In this document: in pieces, positions 1-10,830 of the stretch
How positions within the stretch are numbered: the first letter of the stretch is position 1
Layout: each line of letters begins with the position of its first letter
DNA from: Catajapyx aquilonaris
Taxonomy: Eukaryota
Direction: 5' to 3'
DNA length: 20,000 bases
Assembly: GCA_000934665.2 (NCBI GenBank)
Contig: KZ538090.1
Span: 114,493-134,492 of the forward strand
The notes under the pieces: model-generated
Told to the model about the DNA's origin: nothing
The model's input: the letters and a program-made list of their open reading frames with translations, nothing else
Database searches by the model: none
Program-made: the position numbers and the translations under genes

Positions 1-225
1 TCAGGGCATCCCCTGGCCTGGAATCACCCTCTCTGGAGTGTATCTGGAGTGAGTGTCACTGCTCCACCATCTTGCACCTTTTTGGTTGGAGGGGGTGTAG
101 GCTGTAGGCTGCTGGAAAACGGATCTTGGCCTGGTGCCTCCCTCCGCCGGCAGGGTCGCCCCAGTCGCACTCTTTCCCGCCAGATGCACAACCCGCCCTC
201 GTTTGAAACACTTTTTTATTTGTTT
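1..225 (-). mobile_element. Possible degenerate retroelement gag fragment (decayed CCHC zinc knuckle)
   Basis: The minus-strand frame reads KKCFKRGRVVHLAGKS. Spacing at 210-169 is exactly C-X2-(R)-X4-H-X4-(S), with two Cys substituted, followed by Pro/Gln/Thr-rich sequence. No RT or protease is visible. Confidence 0.35.
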
Positions 226-263
226 CTATTTTTTTACCCGAACAACCCCAATTTCATCCCCAT

Positions 264-314
264 GGTTGCGTCACGGCCCCTATACGATGACCATTATGGG
301 GCCGTGACGCAACC
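264..314. repeat. Perfect 17-bp GC-rich inverted repeat with 17-nt loop
   Basis: GGTTGCGTCACGGCCCC (264-280) and GGGGCCGTGACGCAACC (298-314) are exact reverse complements. Confidence 0.9.
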
Positions 315-2220
315 GGTACCAAATTGTGCGCCCCATTTCCGGGCCAATACGGGGCCAGGTGCACCCCTTTTCAAGGTCCTTTTTCAAGCACACATTCACC
401 CGTTGGCCTCAAGTAAGCACACATTGGATATTACAACCGGAAGATCAAGTCCAACGTGTACCGTTAGTTGGCTTGCATGTTGACCATTGTTCGCATCTTG
501 GATAGAGTATGTTGCTATAATAAAAAAAATTGTGGGGAGGTGTATACATCACAAAGTGGGTCGTTGGACATGTTTTCATTCGCAAATCTAGTCACGAAAT
601 TTTGCGACTCTTCCGTGACAGCCAGCACTATGAATAATAATGGTTGGTGTAACATGACATTTGGTAGTAGTTAAATAACCACCACTCGCAAGCCATAACC
701 ATAACTCATGAGCTGAGTTTAGATAGCATGACAGAGTTTATGCAAAAAGTTTAAAAGTACAGTAACTAGCTGGGCGGATAATGCCATATAAAACTTTCAG
801 GTTATCACCAGGAAAAGGGAAATGCCGTACCATGCACCATTTGTCATGATTACTTATGGCGGACAGAGATATGCATAATTAACTTGTATGTTTCTGTCTT
901 CTTGATGAGTTGATATTTATCGGAGCATGTATACCGTACAGTTAGAAATCCCGAATAAATTGTTTTCCCTCTCAAAACGAATCCCTCCCAGGATTGATAT
1001 TAGTAGTGTAACTACAGTAGTTCCTAATACTGTAATATCGCAAATGGAAAAGTGAAATTCAGTTGTTCAGTATTATGTTCACTGAGCTGTGAAAACTGAC
1101 CTTGAAACGCGTAAATTTGTGTCTGTGTGTGTGTGTTTTTTGGTGCTTGAAAGGGCCACAGAAAGTGTACCTCCCCAAATTTTAATTTTAATAGAAATAA
1201 TGCCCAATTTCGCAGTTCACTGAAACGTTCGTATTTACTACCTCCACACTAATAAGGGTTGATCGCTCACGTTGGCAGCAATAGGCACAATAGACACAAA
1301 ATAAAAAAGCGTGTCATGTTCTGCTTGTGCAGACATATAACCAGAAGGCATGTACGGTACAACGTCTCTTCCTTATGGACGGTAGGTCAACCTGTTGACT
1401 ACCGTTAAGCGCAGGTAACCCACATCGAGCCACTATAACTTTTATGCTGAATATTACCCAGTCAGCATGAGACTCCGATACGTTATCTTATCACGATTCG
1501 CTTAATCAGGTTTGTAGTTCTCTCAGCCAAGTCAGTTGTAAGGTGAAAAATTGCTTGAAAGGAACAGAGCCCCGTTACGTAAGGTACGCGGTATCACTTC
1601 ACATCCGTTCTGACACACGCATATTCAAATATAGCCTACGTTGGTTGATCTCAAACAGCGATAGTTGCTATCAGCCGATAGTTCCGTCACTTCCGTTTCC
1701 TATATGCAAAATAGAGCTCTGGTAGTGCGGGTATTCCGTAACCAGCCTGTGATTCTATTTATAAAAATACATTTTTTTTTCTTCTTTTCATCCTGTAATT
1801 CTGTAGGAAGTTTGTACGCAACGCCCAAATGGAATCTGTTCCCCTTTTTATATGTACCCCTCTTGAAAGGGACGGCCTTGGGGTGTATGTTGATGGTGGG
1901 GGTTATGCTGAACACCCACACAAAAAACAAGCCTGGCGGGCTAGCACCAAAAACTTAAGCCCCTGTTTCGGTTCACCTGTTGAGCAGACATACACCTGTG
2001 GCATCCCATCATGCCCTCACGTAGCACATATGTACAAGTATACCACACCCATTATACATATCAGTATTAAAAAAATGCGCAATTATGGAATATTCCGCAG
2101 CGTTTCTATACAAATTGGCCAGATTCGCCCAGTGGTAATGTTGATGGTTAGGCAACAGTGGGAGCCAGTGACCCCAGTCTTTGAACCCTCCATCCTACCC
2201 AGCCTACCTTGATATTTTGC

Positions 2221-2226
2221 TCAGTT
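2221..2226 (+). promoter_or_regulatory. Candidate initiator (TCAGTT) of MARVEL gene 1
   Basis: Exact arthropod Inr consensus about 375 nt upstream of the ATG, at the start of a more GC-rich leader. A 4-codon uORF (ATG CAC GCG CTG TAG, 2230-2244) follows. Confidence 0.35.
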
Positions 2227-2597
2227 TACATGCACGCGCTGTAGCAACCAACCCCCTAGTGCCACCCCCCACCTACCCTCCCCCATAGAATTATTATCTC
2301 TTGCACTTTCTGCATCCATCAAGGCCTCCCGCCATTTGCGAGTTGGTGGAAGTGGTAGATAGACCCGAATTCCAACGGGGCCCTGCTGGACGAGGCTAGA
2401 CCGGTTGAAGGGCTCCTCCAGCCGAGGAAGAACAGCCCACAAGCCATCCAACCAACCAGAGGCCATCCAACAGCAGCAGCGTCGGACAAAAAAAACAAAA
2501 AAACATTACATTTCGAGGTCCTCTGGTTCAGGCGCCATCTCTTCATCGGCGTCCATTTTCTTGCCGTGACCTGACGTGTGTGACGTGACCTGTCACC

Positions 2598-5195
2598 ATG
2601 ATGACGGAGACGCAAGGCCAGGAGAGGTCGTCCAATGTGACAACAATTACTCATACGACAGTGGGCAATCCGACGACTGTGACAGTCAAGACCGAACCAG
2701 GACAAGGAGGAGTACAGTGGTTGAAGTTCAATCCAGCGTACTTTGCGACGTTACCAGGAATTCTGCTGCTCATCGAAGCGGTGAGTGCACCTGTTGCCGT
2801 ACAGCGCAGTTGGACAGTGTGACAATTCCATAAGTGTCCACACATTGACGACAATTTAAATGACATAATAACGATTTTGAGCACTTTAAGATGTGCCGCA
2901 TTTGATTAACAGTGTACGCCTCGTTTTATTTCCGTTGCGCCAGCCGCAAATAAGGGCGTTTTGCACTTACATCACCTCTCCATATATGACCAGGTGACGT
3001 AACTTATAATTGTTGACCTATGCAAAAAAAAAGCACGGAAACAATCGCAATTAGCACGATTGTTTACACGTCACTGCTCTAAAAATAACCATAGTTATAT
3101 CAGGAGGGTGCCAAACTGATATTTCATCAATCAACGAATTATATATTCTTAGCCCCCGCACTATACAGGCGTGCCAGTCATACTAATTAACATGCATATG
3201 TGCAGACCTTGGACACCACCACTAACTAGCAGGGCGCATGTGTATGACATGGTGCAAATCTCAATCACTCTTCGTGGGATGGGGGAGTTCATCATCCTTT
3301 TGGTTGGACTTTTATTGCTTCCGATGAGAGGAGGATGAGCGGTGTCTTCTGAAAGCGAATTTGCAAAAAAAAAGGGATAGTTTCCATTCTAAGCTTGAAG
3401 TCGCCGCCGTGGCCTTGGTTGGCTGCTTGCGTTGCATGACGACACTTCCGCTTCGTTTTTACCAAACGTGGCTCGATCTGCCTGCCAGTGAGGAGGTTTG
3501 GCAAAAACGTGGGATAACAGACATGCAATGCAGAAATGATAGGATAGATGAGGCTACTGTGTAATTGGGTGTGCATCAATTAATCAGGGAGTAATTGAAC
3601 CGTAATGAAATTCACATCACGATTAAACTGTGCAACCTAATGAAGATTAATGGCTCTTAGTTATGCCCGACATGTCTGGCTACAAAGTCAATTTGTGAGG
3701 TATTTTTAAACGTTATTGTGAGAAAGTATGTTGTTTACCTTGAACTTTTTCAGGCATTAGGGAAATGCCAGGATTGGAACATGCCGTATGCAAGAATGAC
3801 ACGCAGGTGTTATTTTTGTCTATGGAGGGTCTACATGAATACAGATTACAATGTGGCTTGAGGCATTGTTAGGAATAATACACTGAGGCCATGCTCACCC
3901 TGTATTTTGTAACTGGTTGTATCATTTTATGCACATTGCCATGAGAAAAAATTAGGATGAGCAGACATTTGAAGCACAAATCACGATCCAGTGAACACTT
4001 GCGTAAATATTATAGCAATATTCTGGCTGTTTTCTCAGAAAACGTGGGGCGGGATATCTTATCAGACCGGGAAAGTGTTGGTCCAAATCCCAAGTCTCAT
4101 CGGCTAACTCATGTTTGTGGGAGGAAACAGGGGACTCTTTCTTTATATAATTTTTTCTTCGAAAGTGAAGAAATCAGGCCGCAAAATCCACAAACCTTGG
4201 ACAAACTTTTTCTTTCGGATCCGTTCTTTCGGTTGTCACTGACAGAGAAGATAACAGACGAGAGCGTAGTCCACGCAAAAAACTGTCCAAAACGTCATGA
4301 CCCGAACTGCTTATCATAATACCGATATTATCATGCTCACATGTCTATTTCAGTATGAGCTAAAATGATAATGCTACATGATTACAAAAAGTGCGCAATT
4401 TCCATCCCCAGCATTGCTAAAACTTCCGCAATAAAAAAAGGCTCTAATAGCCTCGTTTAGAGTTGGCTTATTCTGGCTCATGGCCGACCATCAACAGACG
4501 TCGATCACCTTAGTCTGCCCAAATATGCCAATCAATCTGGTTATGGACGTGTTTAAATAAATAAAAAAATTCATTCCTTGCAGCTGCTGGGCATCATCTG
4601 TATGTCCCTGGCATCCCCTGCATACCTCTCAGGGACGCACTGGTTCCTGTTCGTGGTGGTCATCTGCTTCATCATCACAGTCATCATCGTTTTTCTCTAC
4701 CTACTGTCCATTCGAGACGCTCTAAAACTGCCTGTCGACTGGAACAATTTGGTAAGACGCTAATCCAAGGTGCAAGTCAGCAGAAAATATGACAACCCAT
4801 GTTGTACGTTGCAGGAATTCTTCTACACAGTCGGAGCCACGCTGCTGTACTTCACAGCCTTCATTACTCAGCTGGCCATTTGGGCACAGGTTGATCCCTC
4901 GCTTCATTCCTACTACAGTCATGGACGGCAAATTGTCAGCAATATCAAGGCGAAAAATATTGCTGCTGGGGTACGTCATCATATACTTGAACACTTTTAA
5001 TAAAATAATTCGGTTGGATTGGATTGACATATCGTCACCAAATTAATTCCTGGTTGCACATATCCGGTTCGTTGGTGACCTATGTACTGAGACGAATTCT
5101 TTCCTTCACAGGTGATCGCATTATTCAACTGCATCGCTTACGGAATTGGAGCGTTCTTCCTGTACAAGCGTCTGAGGGAAAGCCGCGCAAATTGA
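2598..5195 (+). CDS. MARVEL-domain protein, CMTM4/plasmolipin-like (196 aa)
   Basis: Exons 2598-2780, 4584-4751, 4815-4970 and 5112-5195; all introns GT-AG, phase 0. Kozak-like CACCATG. The spliced protein has NPAYFATLPGILLLIEA|LLGIICMSLASP...HWFLFVVVICFIIT...LPVDW...|EFFYTVGATLLYFTAF...NIAAG|VIALFNCIAYGIGAFFLY, giving four TM helices with the typical MARVEL pattern. Confidence 0.93.
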
Positions 5196-6152
5196 ACACG
5201 GACCAATGCGTGGAAATGAGCCTTGTATGCAGCGTTGCATATGCAGTTATTTAATTAATCTGTTGAGTGGCAGTGTCTGGATGAGATTAACTTTTTGGGG
5301 GATGACTCGGCGGTGACCATGTCACGTGCGAAAAATGTACAAGTCCAACTTGAGAAGGGTGGGGTACTGGTTTGGGAATGGTAGTTTGGACCAAGATAAT
5401 AATAATAATTGTATGTAAATATTCAGATATGCTTTTGCTATAGTGTTACTATTTTTGTTGTTAGATGTTTCATATGCCTTGGTGACAAAAGATGTAAGAT
5501 TTTTTTTAAAAAAGGTTGTATCGTATCATTCACTGTATTTTGAAGGCGGATCCACAGGCCATGTATAGAGTGAGTCAGTGAATCTCTCCAAACTGCTATG
5601 ATTCGAGAACTGTGGGTTACACCAATTGCATTTTACCTTACAACGTGTCATAATCATTATTACAGCTTGGAGTGACGCACTGAATCACCCAATGTTTCAT
5701 GGTCTCCGAGTGGGCCATTTCTGGGCATTGATACCTCATACTGTAACCTCATTCAAATATGATAAAAATTTCATGCAAACTACTGTGATATATTATCAGA
5801 TCAATCTTTCAATTGTTTACAGTCATATCTAATTACGGAAACAAAAGCCCTGTCAATAACTCGTAACAAATGCAGACCACTTCCTCGAATCCTAACCACA
5901 AATGAGGATTAATAACCACAACATTTAAGCTGTCAAAAAGTAATATGGGTTTGAATTACCAGTGTGATGCATTTTATACACAGTGCCAACTAATCCAGGC
6001 AGTTATTTCCCTTAGCCCAATAGCATCTCTGGTTGGATACATTCATTAGACATTTCATTGTTTCATAGCTTTACGGCTGTGATGATTCTCTCTCACTTGG
6101 ATTCAGTTTTTTTACTTACATTATGTAGATTAAAAGTGTTGATTACTGAATG

Positions 6153-6158
6153 AATAAA
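6153..6158 (+). terminator. Candidate polyadenylation signal of MARVEL gene 1
   Basis: AATAAA about 960 nt after the stop, preceded by ATTAAA at about 6129. Confidence 0.35.
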
Positions 6159-7345
6159 CGTCTCTTAACATGCAGTGTTCATAGCTAACACTTGAAAATA
6201 TCTGTCATTTCAAGCCTTGCACGTTACATCTCTGAAAGGAAGGCAAGGAAAGAATCAGGAGAGATGCAGGTAATTGAACATTAATGTAGTGCACCATATC
6301 AGACATCCAGATGGAATCGCGCAACCTTGAAACACACGTGCAGTACCCGTATTATGCATGCATCAAGCCCGGGAGGCAGAAAATGCAACGTTGTGAATGA
6401 ATCACATGTCTTACATAAAATTTCGCGTATGACATTAGTTTACTTTTCTGTAACTTGTGAGGACCTGCAATCAGCACAAACCTATGGACATGAATCACAA
6501 GCTTCCTCCTTCTCCTTAGTGAACTCCTACACCTGTTTTATTACATCTCACGTGTCACATTCAGTACAAGTCTTGCCAGTGGGTATTTTCACGAAGAATT
6601 CCAAATAAAAAAAAATCAGTGGCCAATAAAATTCCCATCGAATGCTTTCGTCACATTGTAGGGAGCAAACTACTACTAAAAGTAATAAAGACGAAGTGAT
6701 TTCTTCATGAATGTAACCATAAGACCGTGAATGTAACAATTGCACATGTTATAATGTAATAACTGGCTTTCGAATGTTGTTACTTCAAGTTTCGTATGAA
6801 CAAGAGATTTTATGTGGTCTTCATGCCATTTACTATAGGTCCGACTCAAAATCAGAAGTGCCAATGACTCACTGAAAATCCATAAAATCTAGGCGTGTGG
6901 TCCCCCTCCTTGGGAGAACATTTTTCTTAATTTAGAGTGGGTGTAGTCACTCTTACTCAACCAATATTCCTGAAAATATCACACCGACTCCCATATGAGC
7001 CCCATTCACACACATGGTGTGCATCTCATTAAGCCAACTACACCATTGTGCCCGACTTAGTACCGTGTCCATTCGACACCATCTGGCAAAACCCCAAGGA
7101 ATCTGGAAACACAATCCTTGACACTCTTTACCACTTGTCATGTCCTTACTAATGACCAATCAGTGCCTTTCTATCATCCCCCTAGCTCATCAGCATCCCC
7201 CTATTTAAATCCCACAAAAAAAATGGCCAAATATTAATTATGATGCCACGTGAATTACCATGCGTTTGTATCTAAATATATTGATCCTTACATGCGTGTG
7301 TTGTGACTAAGCGTAGGTGGATGTTGGGAAGGGAGATGTTCCCTG

Positions 7346-7558
7346 ATTGGCTGCAGAATAGGTCGTTTGTGGGAGGGGACCCCATATAAAAAAAAGGAGG
7401 GACTGAGGGGTGGTGGAGGGCACTAGTTGGGTGCGGCCACAAGCATCCTTTTTGCCTTATTTTCCTACGCTCCTAGTTGCGTCCTCACGCTCCAAATAGT
7501 CCAATCATAAAAAATAGAAGTGTATCCTACTTATTACACCACACGATTTGGCGTAAGT
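7346..7558 (+). promoter_or_regulatory. Candidate promoter and non-coding first exon of MARVEL gene 2
   Basis: Reverse CCAAT (ATTGG 7346-7350), TATAAAA at 7385, G-rich tract and a consensus donor GTAAGT at 7553. The ATG exon is preceded by acceptor-like TTCTTCTAG (ending 8156) and CTAACAG (ending 8172). Confidence 0.35.
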
Positions 7559-8178
7559 ATTGCTCACGTCACTTTTTTTTGCAATATACACGCCCAGTTT
7601 GGGTGACGGCAAACCGCGCCCAATTTGAGTGTCACTAGACCGGGCGGCTTTTTTTTTTCTCTCTTCCATATAAGGATAGTCCGTGACCGTGATGCGCTGT
7701 TTATTTTTAGTGACGGATGTGTGTCGTGGATGGGATAATTGTCCGTTTTTGTGTGTGTGTGGTGAGCTGCTAGTGTTTGGGAGAAATTTGAGCTGGTTTG
7801 GTTTGAGGGGGCGGTAAAAGTGGAACAAGCTAGTGGCTTATTTCCTAGCTTTTGACTATTTTTGGTGCAGGCTGAGTTGACGAATTGAACTTCGGGGCAA
7901 CAGCTGTGTTTGAGGTGTCATGCATAGATGCTGATGACATCAGTGCACGGCATTTGTGTTTATATTTAAAATTAGTCGGAAATGCTTGCATGACCCAATT
8001 CTTCAGGAAATAAACCGGTGAAAAATTCTTGGAGGTTGGTAGCCCTCTTCCAAAAAACAAAAAGTAATAAATAAATAAAGATGTCTGCTCGACGTAAAAT
8101 CATAATTTTACTACAGGCCTCTGACCACTATTGAGTGACAATTTGACTTCTTCTAGCGGAAGCTCCTAACAGGTCAAG

Positions 8179-9626
8179 ATGTCCCATACTGTCACAGTGA
8201 CCCATACTACTCACACCACGTCTTCATCTGCCATATTGGTCAACACAGGCTATGCTTCCTCAGTGCCTGGTCTACTTAAGTTGGCCCAAGTGGTATGATC
8301 ATTTACTACAACACAAGTGCAGTAAAATGTGACATGGCAATGAAATAAACGGAATCTTTACAGATTGTGGGTGCAATCTGTGTGGGAATAGTTGGCCACT
8401 ACTTCAGTTACAATACCAGCCGTTACTACAACCTGTATGTATCGGAGCTCTTCTTCCTCCTGATTGCGACGAGCTGTCTGATTGCATCGTCGTGTCTACT
8501 CATTTCCTGCCTGCTCTCTCTCTCCACTGCGGCCATACTCCCAAAGACTCTCTTTGTAAGTAGCATACATGCCATTAAAAAAACTGCTGCATAGTATTTG
8601 AATATTGTATAGAACCGTATTGTACGTTCAACACACTAGGTTCAAGTCTAGTGCACTGGCAGATTTGCTGAGAGTACAAATATACAATTTCATACATTAA
8701 ATTGAACCCTACAATATGGACTGCTCCCATCAACAATGATGGCTACTCAAAGCTACTCCAAGTATGGGTGAACCACCGTGGGGTGAACCATGATAGTACT
8801 CCTGATTTATATTTAAAAAATAAAAGCACCACAGAACATTGGTGAAAGTGGCTCATGTAAATTCTAGGATTGCAATAGTTGAACAATTATTATATTACTC
8901 TTATACATGTAAGTTACATATTCTGAATTTTTATAAAGTGGCCAATTTTAAAACTTGTTTCCAGGAAATAGTTTACCATGGATGTGCATTTGTTTTGTAC
9001 CTTGCTGCTGGTATAACTCTCCTTATTCCTGTGTCTGACAAAAGATATTACTACCATGAGGCTTATCTTGCTGCTGCGGTAAGTCTAGAATTTAAGGCGC
9101 ACAACGTAAAGAAATCACAGGTTGATACCTGATCTGATGTGTGGCATGCCATCACTATTTGCATGATTACCCAGAGTGAAATGACACTATCTTGGATCAG
9201 GATGCACATGTCAACCTCAGCTGATTTCTTTACAGATGGGGGATTCTGTTTGAAACTAGCATTTTCATTTTCCTTAGGTGATTATTTACCTCTCACTGCT
9301 GCTGTTTCTTAATTTTTGTGCTTCACTGAATTTGGTGGTGGATGTCGTAAGAAGAAATGCAATTTACGAATACAGTTTACATGAGAGGGGTTATGGCAGT
9401 AAAATATTTGCGGGGGTGAGTGCCAAATCAAACAAGACTGCTTTCTCATGTAATTAAGAGCATGCATTTTATATCTGAGAATGATTCTTACAATTACCAT
9501 TAATGAGATTGCAATCTGTCATATACATCGTGATTCTTAATTCTGTTTCAGATCCTTGGACTGATCAATGCCGCCCTCTACCTCATCAGTTTGGTGTTTG
9601 CTGTTCGCACATACAGACTGGCATAA
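8179..9626 (+). CDS. MARVEL-domain protein, second paralogue (164 aa with exon 3a)
   Basis: Exons 8179-8292, 8364-8555, 8965-9078 and 9552-9626; GT-AG, phase 0. MSHTVTVTHTTHTTSSSAILVNTGYASSVPGLLKLAQV|IVGAICVGIV...ELFFLLIATSCLI...LPKTLF|EIVYHGCAFVLYLAAG...YLAAA|ILGLINAALYLISLVFAVRTYRLA*. Confidence 0.92.
9106..9233 (+). other. Long intronic stem-loop between exon 3a and exon 3b
   Basis: Three stacked helices: GTAAAGAAATCA (9106-9117) with TGATTTCTTTAC (9222-9233), AGGTTGATA (9119-9127) with TGTCAACCT (9209-9217, one G-U), and CCTGATC (9128-9134) with GATCAGG (9195-9201). Confidence 0.8.
9278..9415 (+). CDS. Putative duplicated alternative exon 3b of MARVEL gene 2 (46 codons)
   Basis: Acceptor TTTTCATTTTCCTTAG, donor GGG|GTGAGT, 138 nt, phase 0/0, no stop. 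It encodes VIIYLSLLLFLNFCASLNLVVDVVRRNAIYEYSLHERGYGSKIFAG, colinear with exon 3a. Confidence 0.75.
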
Positions 9627-10684
9627 ACAACTAAACAAGACTCTCGATTCTTGGATTCACAAGAGCTAGTTATGCATTTAATATCTGTGTGCACATAGAA
9701 AATTAATTTTACATAACTGAATGTCATGAAACAATTGCTTAATTAATATTTTTCATTGCCCTTAGGAAGTGAGATTAACTTAAGGGTTTGTACGCATCTT
9801 TGCAGAAAATTTCAATTATATTTTCTACATTTAATACCATAGTAAATCATGAAATACTTAAATGAACCAGTCAGATGAAAACCAGGACATTCCATTTAAT
9901 AAATTAAACATAGGCTTTTACTGTACTTAAAATAGAAAAGAAACTTGTGCCTTGATGTATAACAAGATGCACTTGCAGTAACTTCACACATAATACCATT
10001 TTGATAGCACAGGAATTTTAAATTGATCTGTTATCTACATGAATCTCGAGAAATGTGTTCACAGGATAGTAATCTAGTAATGAATGTTGTACACATTATA
10101 TAAGATGTTTTCCAATATTTTGCGGACATGAATGCAAACCTGCAAGACTGATAAAGAATGATCTTCAATGCCATACAAAGTCCAGAAAAGACTTGATGAT
10201 ACAAATATTAGGACTTCCACAGCACATCACAAAGTCTTCACAGTGTGAATCTCCTGCTTTTTCAGAGTACAACAAGTGCCATTCTTACGCCTAATGCAAA
10301 GACTTGCCAATGTACTAATACATTCTTCAATAAAGGCCTTATTTAAAGTGATATATCCTTTTAATTGTGACATTTATTAAACAAGCAAATATCATCCAAA
10401 ATTGCAATATATTTAGGACTCAATAGGTTTGTAAATAATTGCTTCAGTATGCACCTAGGCATTCCAGGTGCAACAATGCAGCATGAACTGGATGAAGACA
10501 TAATTATAGTGCATTGTCACTGGAACTCCCAAACACAAACTCCCTGTGTCATCTGACCATTTTTAAAACTGTTAAACTGCTGCAGGTCATCTACCCTGTT
10601 TTTTTTTTTTTTGTGAATGTGTAAAAAAAAAAAATGTAGCTTCCTCATCCAGCCTTCCTCCTCAGCCTCCCAACATTTGGCAGT

Positions 10685-10694
10685 CTAAATTTAA
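10685..10694. promoter_or_regulatory. MEF2-consensus site upstream of singles bar
   Basis: CTAAATTTAA fits YTAWWWWTAR about 140 nt upstream of the ATG, next to an E-box CATTTG at about 10674. The motif is AT-rich, so a chance match is possible. Confidence 0.3.
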
Positions 10695-10830
10695 AAGTCC
10701 ATCGCCCCAGTCAGAATTCCTCCCCTGCTGAGCAACCTCCACTCAGCCTGCTCCACCTTCGCACATATTGAGGCATACCTACTGAAAGAAGAGCCAGCAA
10801 GAATTTTGGTTGGGATTTAATTGGGGAACA

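Noticed and set aside
5..45. CCTGGCCTGGAA reading PGLE, like the DHOase PGLET motif
   Set aside because: Wrong strand and position for CAD, and the flanking residues do not match.
7160..7200. Hammerhead-like CTGATGA...GAAA on the minus strand
   Set aside because: Stem II lacks a closing pair, and no stem I/III or cleavage triplet can be formed.
5196..7340. Additional gene or MARVEL pseudo-exons between genes 1 and 2
   Set aside because: Only short AT-rich ORFs without matching splice sites or homology.
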